A stretch of DNA of 28,655 bases from Candidatus Altiarchaeota archaeon (GTDB taxonomy: Archaea > Altiarchaeota > Altiarchaeia > IMC4 > SCGC-AAA252-I15), in assembly GCA_043804895.1 (NCBI GenBank), contig JAZDIN010000006.1, forward strand, positions 1 through 28,655, in the 5' to 3' direction. Numbering within the stretch: position 1 is the stretch's first letter; each line of letters begins with the position of its first letter. The notes under the pieces are model-generated. The model had not been told where the DNA came from, did not search any database, and was given only the letters and a program-made list of their open reading frames with translations. The position numbers were made by a program, and so were the translations under genes. Shown here piece after piece: positions 16,481 through 24,305 of this stretch.

Positions 16481-17562
16481 TGACTAAGAAGAAGGAGGTT
16501 ATGTCCAAGCTCGTGGACCTGGGTGGCGATATAGCCGCTTCGATAGAGAAGGACAAGGTCCCGAAGATGCAAGTCCCCTTGAGGAGTCTCAGCAATATCA
16601 AGTTCGACAAGCAAAGCAACCTCTTGAGGATGGGTAACAAGACTTCAACGAGGAATTTCATGAACGTCGCCCACACCAAGAAGTTCATGCAAACCATGCT
16701 GATAGCGTCGAAATGTCATGAGCTCGTCGACCGCGACAAGACCGCCAGCATCAGGGAACTATATTACCAGCTGAAACACACCATCGCAGGCACGAAGGAG
16801 AACACATTCGAAGGCCAGGACGAGAGCGACCCTCTGATAGTCGACCTGGAGACTATGCTAGCAGTGCTGAGGGAGGAATTGCACCTTAAGGCAGACGACA
16901 AGGGAACTATAATAGGTAACATCGTGATTGAGGATTCCGGCGACTTCATAGACTGCAGCAAACTCGGCAGAAGCGGACTATCAATACCATCCATCGTCGA
17001 ACAGTACAAGTTCCATGAGGTGGACGCCAAATACTGCCTTGTCATAGAAACCGGCGCCATGTTCGACCGCCTGGTTGAGGAAAAGTACCCGCAGAAGAAC
17101 GGCTGCATCATGGTCTCCACGAAAGGGCAAGCTGCGAGGGGATGTCGCAGGCTCCTGAACAGGATAAACAAGGAGCTGAAGATGCCAATGATAATGTTCA
17201 CAGACGGAGACCCGTGGGGGTATTATATTTATTCAGTAGTGAAGGCAGGCTCGATGGCACTGGCGCACGAGAGCGAGAGGCTTGGGACGCCAAAGAGCAG
17301 GTTCGTGGGGATGACCATGAGTGACGTGGAGAAGTATGGACTCCACAAGGTCACAGAGGAGCTTAAGGACGTTGATAAGAAGAGGATAAGCGAGCTCCTC
17401 CAGTACCCGTGGTTCCAGACCAAGGAATGGCGCCATGAGCTGAAACTGATGGAGGAGAAGGGCGTGAGGATAGAACAACAGGCGCTAGCCTCCAAGAGCC
17501 TGGAGTTCGTTGCAGAAGAGTATCTGCCAGAGAAGATTGAGAAGGGGGAACTATTACCCTAG
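16477..17562 (+). CDS. top6A: DNA topoisomerase VI subunit A
   Basis: Catalytic SIRELYY, QDESD, Toprim IETGAMF and FTDGDPWG, EQQALA. Confidence 0.97.
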   Translation: MMTKKKEVMSKLVDLGGDIAASIEKDKVPKMQVPLRSLSNIKFDKQSNLLRMGNKTSTRNFMNVAHTKKFMQTMLIASKCHELVDRDKTASIRELYYQLKHTIAGTKENTFEGQDESDPLIVDLETMLAVLREELHLKADDKGTIIGNIVIEDSGDFIDCSKLGRSGLSIPSIVEQYKFHEVDAKYCLVIETGAMFDRLVEEKYPQKNGCIMVSTKGQAARGCRRLLNRINKELKMPMIMFTDGDPWGYYIYSVVKAGSMALAHESERLGTPKSRFVGMTMSDVEKYGLHKVTEELKDVDKKRISELLQYPWFQTKEWRHELKLMEEKGVRIEQQALASKSLEFVAEEYLPEKIEKGELLP

Positions 17563-17565
17563 AAG

Positions 17566-18537
17566 ATGAGTGAAAAAGACGGCGAAATCGACGTGAAACT
17601 GGACGGCGAATTGACCGCAAGACACCTTCTCGCGCTAATCCTGGAGGTTAACGCCATAAAGGCTAGCGAAGCCGCCAGGAAGATGCAGGTCAGCTATGAG
17701 AAGATCCTGGAGTGGGGCTGCGAACTCAGGAAAGAAGGCCTAATCGAGATGGACGACTCGCTCGGCGACACGTCCTTCAAGATAACCAAACAGGGCATAA
17801 AGAAGCTAAGGAACGTGGAGGCGCAGTGGCTCGCCCAGGAGACCGCATGTGAGGGGGTGGAGAAGAAACCGAAAGGGGACACTAGAAGGGCCATGAAGCT
17901 CAGGCTCGAAAGGGTGAAGGGTAAAATTTCTCTTTTCTCAAAAAACACCAGCGAACTCCTTACTGAATTGTGGGAGGACATTATACTCTTAGCCTCTGTA
18001 CTTCTGTCGCTCAAACTGTTGACTGATTTCGTTGACATGCCTAACGAGCAGGCGCTCAATTTCCTCCTCGGCTCGATCCTCATATCCCTCGCACTGCTCC
18101 TGTACCACCAATACAAGAAATCCCTGAAGACCGCCAAGTTCGTCGGGTTCATGGAGTGGGTGCTGGACATGGCGAAGACGAGGAGGAGGCCGATAGCACT
18201 CGTCGTGGTCGCCATCTTCATGATATACTCCGTGGGGATGCTGATACTCAACCCAGAAAACATGGCGCCCTACCTGATTTTAACCATTCTTGTCGCATCC
18301 ACTGTTAACATGATATACTCCCAGACCGCCAACACAGTGTCTGACGTTTTTAAATTCTACGTCGGAGTACTAATCATAACCTCAGGCCTTCTGATGATAG
18401 CAGGTATGATAAGCGTCACAGGGATACTTTTCGGCAGCAGCATGTGGGTAATAGACGCTGGCTTCGGCCTCGGACTCCTAGTCATAGCCTACCTGAACGA
18501 GAAGAGCCTTGGAGTGGCCTTGTTGATTCCAAAGTGA
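17566..18537 (+). CDS. Membrane protein with N-terminal winged-helix domain and ~6 TM helices
   Basis: LLALILEVNAIKASEAARKMQVSYEKILEWGCELRKEGLIE...FKITKQG (wHTH-like), followed by multiple hydrophobic segments. Confidence 0.78.
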   Translation: MSEKDGEIDVKLDGELTARHLLALILEVNAIKASEAARKMQVSYEKILEWGCELRKEGLIEMDDSLGDTSFKITKQGIKKLRNVEAQWLAQETACEGVEKKPKGDTRRAMKLRLERVKGKISLFSKNTSELLTELWEDIILLASVLLSLKLLTDFVDMPNEQALNFLLGSILISLALLLYHQYKKSLKTAKFVGFMEWVLDMAKTRRRPIALVVVAIFMIYSVGMLILNPENMAPYLILTILVASTVNMIYSQTANTVSDVFKFYVGVLIITSGLLMIAGMISVTGILFGSSMWVIDAGFGLGLLVIAYLNEKSLGVALLIPK

Positions 18538-18543
18538 GGGTAG

Positions 18544-19173
18544 TCATCCCGTCAGGAGACCGCCTATCGAGTCTAATATCTTCTTCGCAGCCTCCTTCTT
18601 GGGCATGCGAGGCAGGCATTTTACGCCATCACATAGTATGTAAGCTTCAGTCTCATGGCAGCCGAAGACGTTCCTGCTGACGTCGTTCAGTATGACCATG
18701 TCAGCGCATGGCATGAGCTTCTTCGCCTCACCCACCATCTCATCAACGCTCCCGCCGTACTCCGCCTTGAAAGCCACAATCTTGAGATCAGGGAAACACT
18801 TCCTAGCCTCGACTATCAGCTTCCTCGTTGGCTTAAGCTTCAACGTCAGCTTACCGCCGGAGCGTATCTTTCCGCCCACCTTTTTGAATGGAGTATAATC
18901 AGCCAAAGCTGCTGCTGAAATGAGGATGTCATAGCCGTTGCCAAGTTCTGCGAGAGTCCTCTCAGTCATCTCCTCTGACGAGACGACAGGGATGACCCGG
19001 ACACCATACATGGTAGGTAGGCTGGTCGGTCCGAGGACGAGAGTCACCTCAAATCCCCTCCGGTAGGCCTCCTCAGCCAAAGCCAACCCCATCAAACCGG
19101 TGCTCTCATTGGAGATGAACCTTATGTCGTCGATGTACTCCCTGGTGGGGCCGGCAGTTATCAGGACACGCAT
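18544..19173 (-). CDS. coaB: Phosphopantothenate-cysteine ligase (stand-alone CoaB/DFP domain)
   Basis: VLITAGPTREYIDDIRFISNESTGLMG, AAALADY, VAFKAE, ILNDV. No CoaC flavoprotein domain. Confidence 0.9.
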   Translation of the reverse strand: MRVLITAGPTREYIDDIRFISNESTGLMGLALAEEAYRRGFEVTLVLGPTSLPTMYGVRVIPVVSSEEMTERTLAELGNGYDILISAAALADYTPFKKVGGKIRSGGKLTLKLKPTRKLIVEARKCFPDLKIVAFKAEYGGSVDEMVGEAKKLMPCADMVILNDVSRNVFGCHETEAYILCDGVKCLPRMPKKEAAKKILDSIGGLLTG

Positions 19174-19213
19174 GCTCAGATATTAATAAGTAATCTCGTA
19201 TAAGAGTTGAAAT

Positions 19214-19414
19214 ATGGTAGTGAAGGAGAAAGTAGCCGGTTTTGACGTGGCAGCCGACTGCCCGAAGAACATGCTCAACGGACCATGCGGCGGAGTCCAA
19301 AACGGCATGTGCGAGGTGGGCGGACCGTGCGTGTGGGTTAAGGTTTATTCAAAACTGGTTTCTGAGGGGAAGCTCGACGATTTCACGAAGGTACGGATGC
19401 CGGGTATAATATGA
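19214..19414 (+). CDS. metV: Minimal MetV-like Cys-rich protein (MTHFR C-terminal-domain family)
   Basis: CPKNMLNGPCGGVQNGMCEV...CVW..VY motif. ATGA overlap with metF. Confidence 0.8.
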   Translation: MVVKEKVAGFDVAADCPKNMLNGPCGGVQNGMCEVGGPCVWVKVYSKLVSEGKLDDFTKVRMPGII

Positions 19415-20295
19415 GCGGACTGTCAGAATCCATCGGTAGGAAGTTCACTGTGACGACGGAAGTCAAGCCCCCGAGGGGGCCGGACACCACGAAATTCATT
19501 GGAGAGGTGAATGTTATAAAAGGCTTGAAGAATGTCACGGCAGTGAATGTCATAGACAGCCCAAGCGCGAGGCTGTTCATGAGCTCCCTTGGCGCGAGCA
19601 TAATGTTGAAGCAGAAAGGGATTGAGCCAATATTCCAGATGGTGTGCAGAGACAGGAACATGCTCGCCCTCGAATCAGACATAATCAGCGCCGCAGCCTT
19701 CGGGATAGAGAACATCCTGGCTTTAACTGGAGACCACCCCCAAAGAGGAGCAAGCGACCACCCGAACGCAAAACCTGTGTACGACCTCGACGCAACGTCG
19801 CTGATTAGGACGATTATGATGATGAACGAGGGAAAGACGCCACTCGGTGTCGAATTGAATGCGAGGACTGGATTCTACGTCGGCGGCGCAATATCACCTT
19901 CAGTGAGGCCGGTGGAGCCTGAGGTCCTGAAGGTTAAGCGGAAAACTGAGGCAGGCGCGAAGTTCTTCCAGACGCAGGTTGTCTTTGACACGACAGTGCT
20001 TGAGGAGTTCATGCTGAAAGCAGACAAGCTCGTCGGAGACATAAGACCGAAGGTGATAGTCGGAGTAATACCCCTAGCCTCAGAGAAGATGATAACATTC
20101 CTCAACAAACTGCCAGGGATTAAAGTGCCAGAGGACACAGCCAAGAGAGTCATCAACTCAGAAGACCAGCAAGCTGAAGGAATCTTAATAGCCCTTGAGA
20201 TAATTGATGGGATAAAGTCGCTAGGCCTCGGCGGAGTCCACATAATGCCAGTCGGAAGGACAGAGACGCTTGAGAGGATAGTGGAGCGGATTTAG
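19411..20295 (+). CDS. metF: Methylenetetrahydrofolate reductase
   Basis: TEVKPPRG, EPIFQMVCRDRN, NILALTGDHP, AGAKFFQTQVVFD, GVHIM. Confidence 0.93.
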   Translation: MSGLSESIGRKFTVTTEVKPPRGPDTTKFIGEVNVIKGLKNVTAVNVIDSPSARLFMSSLGASIMLKQKGIEPIFQMVCRDRNMLALESDIISAAAFGIENILALTGDHPQRGASDHPNAKPVYDLDATSLIRTIMMMNEGKTPLGVELNARTGFYVGGAISPSVRPVEPEVLKVKRKTEAGAKFFQTQVVFDTTVLEEFMLKADKLVGDIRPKVIVGVIPLASEKMITFLNKLPGIKVPEDTAKRVINSEDQQAEGILIALEIIDGIKSLGLGGVHIMPVGRTETLERIVERI

Positions 20296-20305
20296 ACGGG
20301 AGAGA

Positions 20306-21202
20306 CTACCTGTATTTTCCTGCAAAACAATGGCCTTGTATGATATCGTCAGTTATTTTCTCGCAGATGCTTTTATCCCCAGTTAGTTTGACCACATTCA
20401 GCAAACACCAGTCGCTACTATACCCGCTTTCTATTTTGTCACAGTGTTCAGGCCTTGTTGAATAGTCCCTGTAGCAGGTGTCCCGGTAAATAGCCCAGAG
20501 ATGATGTTCGCACATTTCGATTTCAAAACGGCCATATGCTTTTTTAAGCATCAATACGTCATTTACACAAAAGTAGTTCCATGTCATGTATTCTTTCTCG
20601 GAGATGTAATCACAATATGAGAAATTATTGTTTACACTAGCAAGCCCCCAGTAACAGTTTATCTTGAGCTGTAATTGCTCTTTGTCCTGTTTTGCTCTTT
20701 CCCCAAGCTCAGTGCAGACAGAGAAGTTGTTTACCGAGACACTATAATACTTGGCACAGCTCCCCACAGAGGACTTCGGTACATCCAAACACGCCTGTAT
20801 TGAGCCCTTCTTAATCACATACCTTGCGTAGCATCTGCCTATCCCGTCACTGTCGGGGTAATACCTTGACCTGCAGTCTGGAACACACCTACCACTGGTA
20901 TCACAGACCTGCTCAAGTTCCTCTTCTCCCACATCACCCCATGCCGCAGTAGAATTTATTAATTGCGCCCCCGTATTTGACATTTGCTCGGCAGCGGGTA
21001 CTGGAGTAGGTAATCTGGCATCAGGACCGCCGCCAAATGTGCTGAGTAATCCAAAATCAGTGGGTAGCATGTTTGTTGCACCCACTAACGCAAGGACTGA
21101 TAATATTGCTAGGGGAAGCATAAACCCAACAAAAAAGCCTAATAATTTCCAGGCGTCAAAATCCCCCCTTGGGGGAGGGTTTCCCTGCAAGAGTTCTGCC
21201 AT
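20306..21202 (-). CDS. Membrane-anchored Cys-rich repeat surface protein
   Basis: N-terminal TM. 16 Cys with recurring C-x13-C units (CYARYVIKKGSIQAC, CAKYYSVSVNNFSVC, CYWGLASVNNNFSYC, CLLNVVKLTGDKSIC). Confidence 0.8.
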   Translation of the reverse strand: MAELLQGNPPPRGDFDAWKLLGFFVGFMLPLAILSVLALVGATNMLPTDFGLLSTFGGGPDARLPTPVPAAEQMSNTGAQLINSTAAWGDVGEEELEQVCDTSGRCVPDCRSRYYPDSDGIGRCYARYVIKKGSIQACLDVPKSSVGSCAKYYSVSVNNFSVCTELGERAKQDKEQLQLKINCYWGLASVNNNFSYCDYISEKEYMTWNYFCVNDVLMLKKAYGRFEIEMCEHHLWAIYRDTCYRDYSTRPEHCDKIESGYSSDWCLLNVVKLTGDKSICEKITDDIIQGHCFAGKYR

Positions 21203-21223
21203 GGTGTGTTTGAGAGAATGAAG

Positions 21224-21481
21224 TTACTCCGTCACCTTGTACACTACGTCGTGTGGCCTTACCCTGTCTCTCACCTTTATACCCACCTGATCGCCAGGCT
21301 TGCCCTCAGGAATCTGCGCGTGTTCCACCTGCATGGAGTCGACTATCTGCTTCAGGTCAGTCGTGTTGCCGAGGATGTGTATCCTATCCCCGACTTTCAG
21401 CGTGCCGTCTGTGATTTTCACAGCCGCGACCGATGGTTTGGCGAAGAACTGGAAGACCAGTCCGATTTTGTTCTCAGCCAT
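21224..21481 (-). CDS. Stand-alone translation-factor (EF-Tu domain II-like) beta-barrel protein
   Basis: IGLVFQFFAKPSVAAVKI..GTLKVGDRIHILG.TTDL.Q.VDSMQ...GDQVGIKV..RVRPHD.VY. Strong SD GGAGGTG upstream. Confidence 0.88.
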   Translation of the reverse strand: MAENKIGLVFQFFAKPSVAAVKITDGTLKVGDRIHILGNTTDLKQIVDSMQVEHAQIPEGKPGDQVGIKVRDRVRPHDVVYKVTE

Positions 21482-21572
21482 GACATACCACCTCCTAAAA
21501 TACTACTGTGACGTGACGTTTATATACTTGAAGGAGTAATATTTGGCATTAGGTGGTTGGCGTCATGTCAAA

Positions 21573-22607
21573 ATGAAGTTGGATTTGACGCCGGTATATC
21601 TGGCATTCGGGATTGGACTGGCCACCTACCTGGTTCTGAGGTTAAAGAAGGTCACGCCTGACGTAAAATTCAAAGACGTCAAATACGACAAGCTAAAGAA
21701 TGAGATACAGCTTCTGGTCGAGAACATAAGCGATGACAGAATATACGTCAAACCAGCCTTGAGGGTTGTAAGACTAGCCTCAGCCGACGAGTGGAGGCAA
21801 AACAAGGTTAACGCCAGCCAGATACCGATGATGATGGCATCAGCAGGCAGTGTAATAAAAGGGTATGAGCTTGTGGGGGAGTACGCGGATCCTGTGGCTG
21901 TGGAGCCTAAGATGACCGCGGTGATAAGGTATCCCGTTATGCGGGACTTCGGTCTCAAGGCATACGACAACATAAAGGTGGACTCACCGATTGGCAACGA
22001 CCCGTATAACATGAACGGCAGCGCCACCGGAACCGTCCGCATGACTTTGAACGAGCTAACCTCTGAGGAACTAGCCGATCTTTTGAGCGAGAGGGAAACC
22101 CCTGACGCTAAGAAGGCAGAGTTGACTGTTGCAAAAAGCGACTTCCCTGTGTCGGCCCTATGCTACTGCTGCGGCAAGGAGCAGATGCTACGGTGGATTG
22201 CGGGAGGGAATCACGTATGCGACGGGTGCAAGAACTACCTGGTCAACGAAGCGGCCGTGTCTGTGAACTCTATTGACGCAGGCGACATGGAGGAGGAATA
22301 CGGGCCTTCGGAGTTGAACGTGGGGATAGAGTTGATAGACACACAGCCTGTGGACTTGAAGCCAAGGCACAAAAAAATACTTAACATACTGGGTGAGGAG
22401 AACACCGCCTCAGCGAAGGAGCTCGCCAACAAGCTTGAGCGCGGACACAAGTCCGTGGCTGAGGACCTCCGCTACCTCCTGAAAAACAACCTCATAGACC
22501 GGGTTAAAATAAGCGGCAAATACAAGTACTTCTCAGTTAGGGAGTCTGAGCAGGTGATACTGCACAACCAGGACGAAGAAACATTCGGACAGCTCAAGTG
22601 GACCTAG
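21573..22607 (+). CDS. Membrane-anchored protein with Zn-ribbon and C-terminal winged-helix DNA-binding domain
   Basis: N-terminal TM, CYCCGK...VCDGC, and LKPRHKKILNIL...SAKELANKL...SVAEDLRYLLKNNLIDR (wHTH). ATG 21573 preferred over TTG 21543. Confidence 0.8.
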   Translation: MKLDLTPVYLAFGIGLATYLVLRLKKVTPDVKFKDVKYDKLKNEIQLLVENISDDRIYVKPALRVVRLASADEWRQNKVNASQIPMMMASAGSVIKGYELVGEYADPVAVEPKMTAVIRYPVMRDFGLKAYDNIKVDSPIGNDPYNMNGSATGTVRMTLNELTSEELADLLSERETPDAKKAELTVAKSDFPVSALCYCCGKEQMLRWIAGGNHVCDGCKNYLVNEAAVSVNSIDAGDMEEEYGPSELNVGIELIDTQPVDLKPRHKKILNILGEENTASAKELANKLERGHKSVAEDLRYLLKNNLIDRVKISGKYKYFSVRESEQVILHNQDEETFGQLKWT

Positions 22608-22825
22608 AGTAGTTTTCGCATCAAACTCAGACCTTTGCCTGCGAAACCCAGCTTCTTCCCGACCCCCGCCCCCACATGAAGGTGCTTCACCATTATCTTC
22701 GGCGCCTTCAGCATCTCGTCAATCTTCTTGTCAAGTTCTGGCTTCTGGAGCCGAATCAAGTCCTTGATGATCCAATCCTTGACAGACTCTATAGAATTCC
22801 TCACCTGCCCGACAACACCCATCAT
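22604..22825 (-). CDS. Small basic hypothetical protein
   Basis: 73-aa ORF whose ATG overlaps the gamma-CA stop (ATGA). Fills the gap to the convergent gene. Confidence 0.55.
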   Translation of the reverse strand: MMGVVGQVRNSIESVKDWIIKDLIRLQKPELDKKIDEMLKAPKIMVKHLHVGAGVGKKLGFAGKGLSLMRKLL

Positions 22826-23307
22826 CTTTTCTGGTGAGACTTGGCCATCGCCGCCAAGGCCTTGTATTCAAGGGCGTTCTGTTTTATGCTCTCAACCTCG
22901 TCCGAACTTAGCTTTCGAATGACTTTAGCAGGGACGCCAGCCACTAGGGAGCCATTAGGCACTATTGTCCCTTCGGTGACCACTGACGCTGCAGCCACGA
23001 CAGAGCCTGACCCTATCTTGCACCCGTTCATGAGTATCGCACCCATCCCAATGAGTACGTTATCCCCTATCTCGGCTCCGTGCACTTTAGCTCCGTGGCC
23101 TACGGTCACCCAGTCGCCTATCCTGACAGGGAACTGCTCTGGGCTGTGGATTATGCAACAGTCCTGTATGTTGCTGTATTTGCCAACTACTATCCTGCTT
23201 CGGTCCCCCCGGACGACGGCGTTATACCACACGCTGGAGTATTCTCCGAGGGACACGCTACCCACAATCCTAGCTCCATCAGCTATGAACACAGTCTCGT
23301 CAATCAT
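22822..23307 (-). CDS. Gamma-carbonic anhydrase family (left-handed beta-helix) protein
   Basis: VWYNAVVRGD, SNIQDCCIIH, VTVGHGAKVHG, LIGMGA, GVPAKVIR. Start ATG 23307 overlaps the coaD stop. Confidence 0.92.
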   Translation of the reverse strand: MIDETVFIADGARIVGSVSLGEYSSVWYNAVVRGDRSRIVVGKYSNIQDCCIIHSPEQFPVRIGDWVTVGHGAKVHGAEIGDNVLIGMGAILMNGCKIGSGSVVAAASVVTEGTIVPNGSLVAGVPAKVIRKLSSDEVESIKQNALEYKALAAMAKSHQKR

Positions 23308-23725
23308 GGCCTTCGCCTCCGCTTGAGAGCGGCCTCCCGTTTTTGTCAAGCACGAGGGGCACGACGAGGATTGTGAGTTTCGGCAGGCGCTTCTTGAACC
23401 GTATCGTGTTTATCTCCTCAGCCCGAAGCAAGGTCTCCTCGCTGGCCACGATGCAGTCTATGTCCTTGTCGATTGTAGCTATCCCGTAGCTGTCGCTGAT
23501 TTCAATAACCTTATAGGGTTTTTTGAACTGCATTATAAAGGATTCCAAAGCTTTCTTCCGTTCGACATATGACCCTACATCCCTCACCCTGAACCTGCTT
23601 GCGAACTCGTCGCTTGTGAGGCCGACCACAACCGAGTCAGCATTCTCGAATGCAGTCTTAAGGACACTCCTGTGGCCTCCGTGGAGGCCGTCGAACGTGC
23701 CGCCTACCACTATCTTCTTGAACAT
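23300..23725 (-). CDS. coaD: Archaeal phosphopantetheine adenylyltransferase
   Basis: VGGTFDGLHGGH (HxGH), VGLTSDEF, IVASEET, AEEINTIR, PLSS. Confidence 0.88.
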   Translation of the reverse strand: MFKKIVVGGTFDGLHGGHRSVLKTAFENADSVVVGLTSDEFASRFRVRDVGSYVERKKALESFIMQFKKPYKVIEISDSYGIATIDKDIDCIVASEETLLRAEEINTIRFKKRLPKLTILVVPLVLDKNGRPLSSGGEGHD

Positions 23726-23762
23726 CAATAGAATATTGCGTCGAGTAATATAAGAGCCGTCA

Positions 23763-24224
23763 TCAGACGAGTTTTATGAGGAAACCGAGACTCTCGCGGA
23801 AGAAGAGCGTCACTAGTAGTACAACCACGCCAGCTACGAATACGCCCGCAGCAATCGAGATGAACGCCGTTTTATTTTTCATGCCAAATAGGTGAGCTGC
23901 GAGGGCGCCTGCATATGCGCCTGTTCCGGGCAGGGGGACTGCCACGAAGACTCCAAGACCCAACATACCGTACTTCTCCACATACGGCCGCGCCTTCTGC
24001 CTGGTCTTTTCTATGAACCGTCCCATGAACGTCTTGTTCATCAGGTCGAAGAACCAGTCCAGGAACACGAAAGCGGGGTAGATTATCGCGCAATTGGCCG
24101 CTACAGCTACAATGGTGACCATTAGGGGGTTGAACCCTGCCTTCAGTATCCCATACGGTATGCCTCCCCGAAGCTCAATCCACGGGAGCGCACTAATCAA
24201 CGCAATGTAAAACCAGTCATCCAT
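23763..24224 (-). CDS. COG2426 putative small multidrug export membrane protein
   Basis: LPWIELRGGIPYG and FVAVPLPGTGAYAG signatures. Confidence 0.9.
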   Translation of the reverse strand: MDDWFYIALISALPWIELRGGIPYGILKAGFNPLMVTIVAVAANCAIIYPAFVFLDWFFDLMNKTFMGRFIEKTRQKARPYVEKYGMLGLGVFVAVPLPGTGAYAGALAAHLFGMKNKTAFISIAAGVFVAGVVVLLVTLFFRESLGFLIKLV

Positions 24225-24305
24225 AGAGTAGACTAATATCAATGTCGGTGGATAAATACCACGCTTTCGCCTGGTTTTTAAGCGTTTTGCCCTATATATT
24301 TCACC

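Noticed and set aside
21163-21180. C-run/G-run palindrome CCCCCCTTGGGGGAGGG
   Set aside because: It lies within coding sequence (PPPRGD), has almost no loop and no associated T tract.
23308-23349. N-terminal extension of the gamma-CA in the ORF track, and similar TTG/GTG or upstream extensions at 956, 4491, 5240, 14792, 21543 and 24242
   Set aside because: Downstream ATGs give family-typical N-termini, stop/start overlaps or proper TATA spacing.
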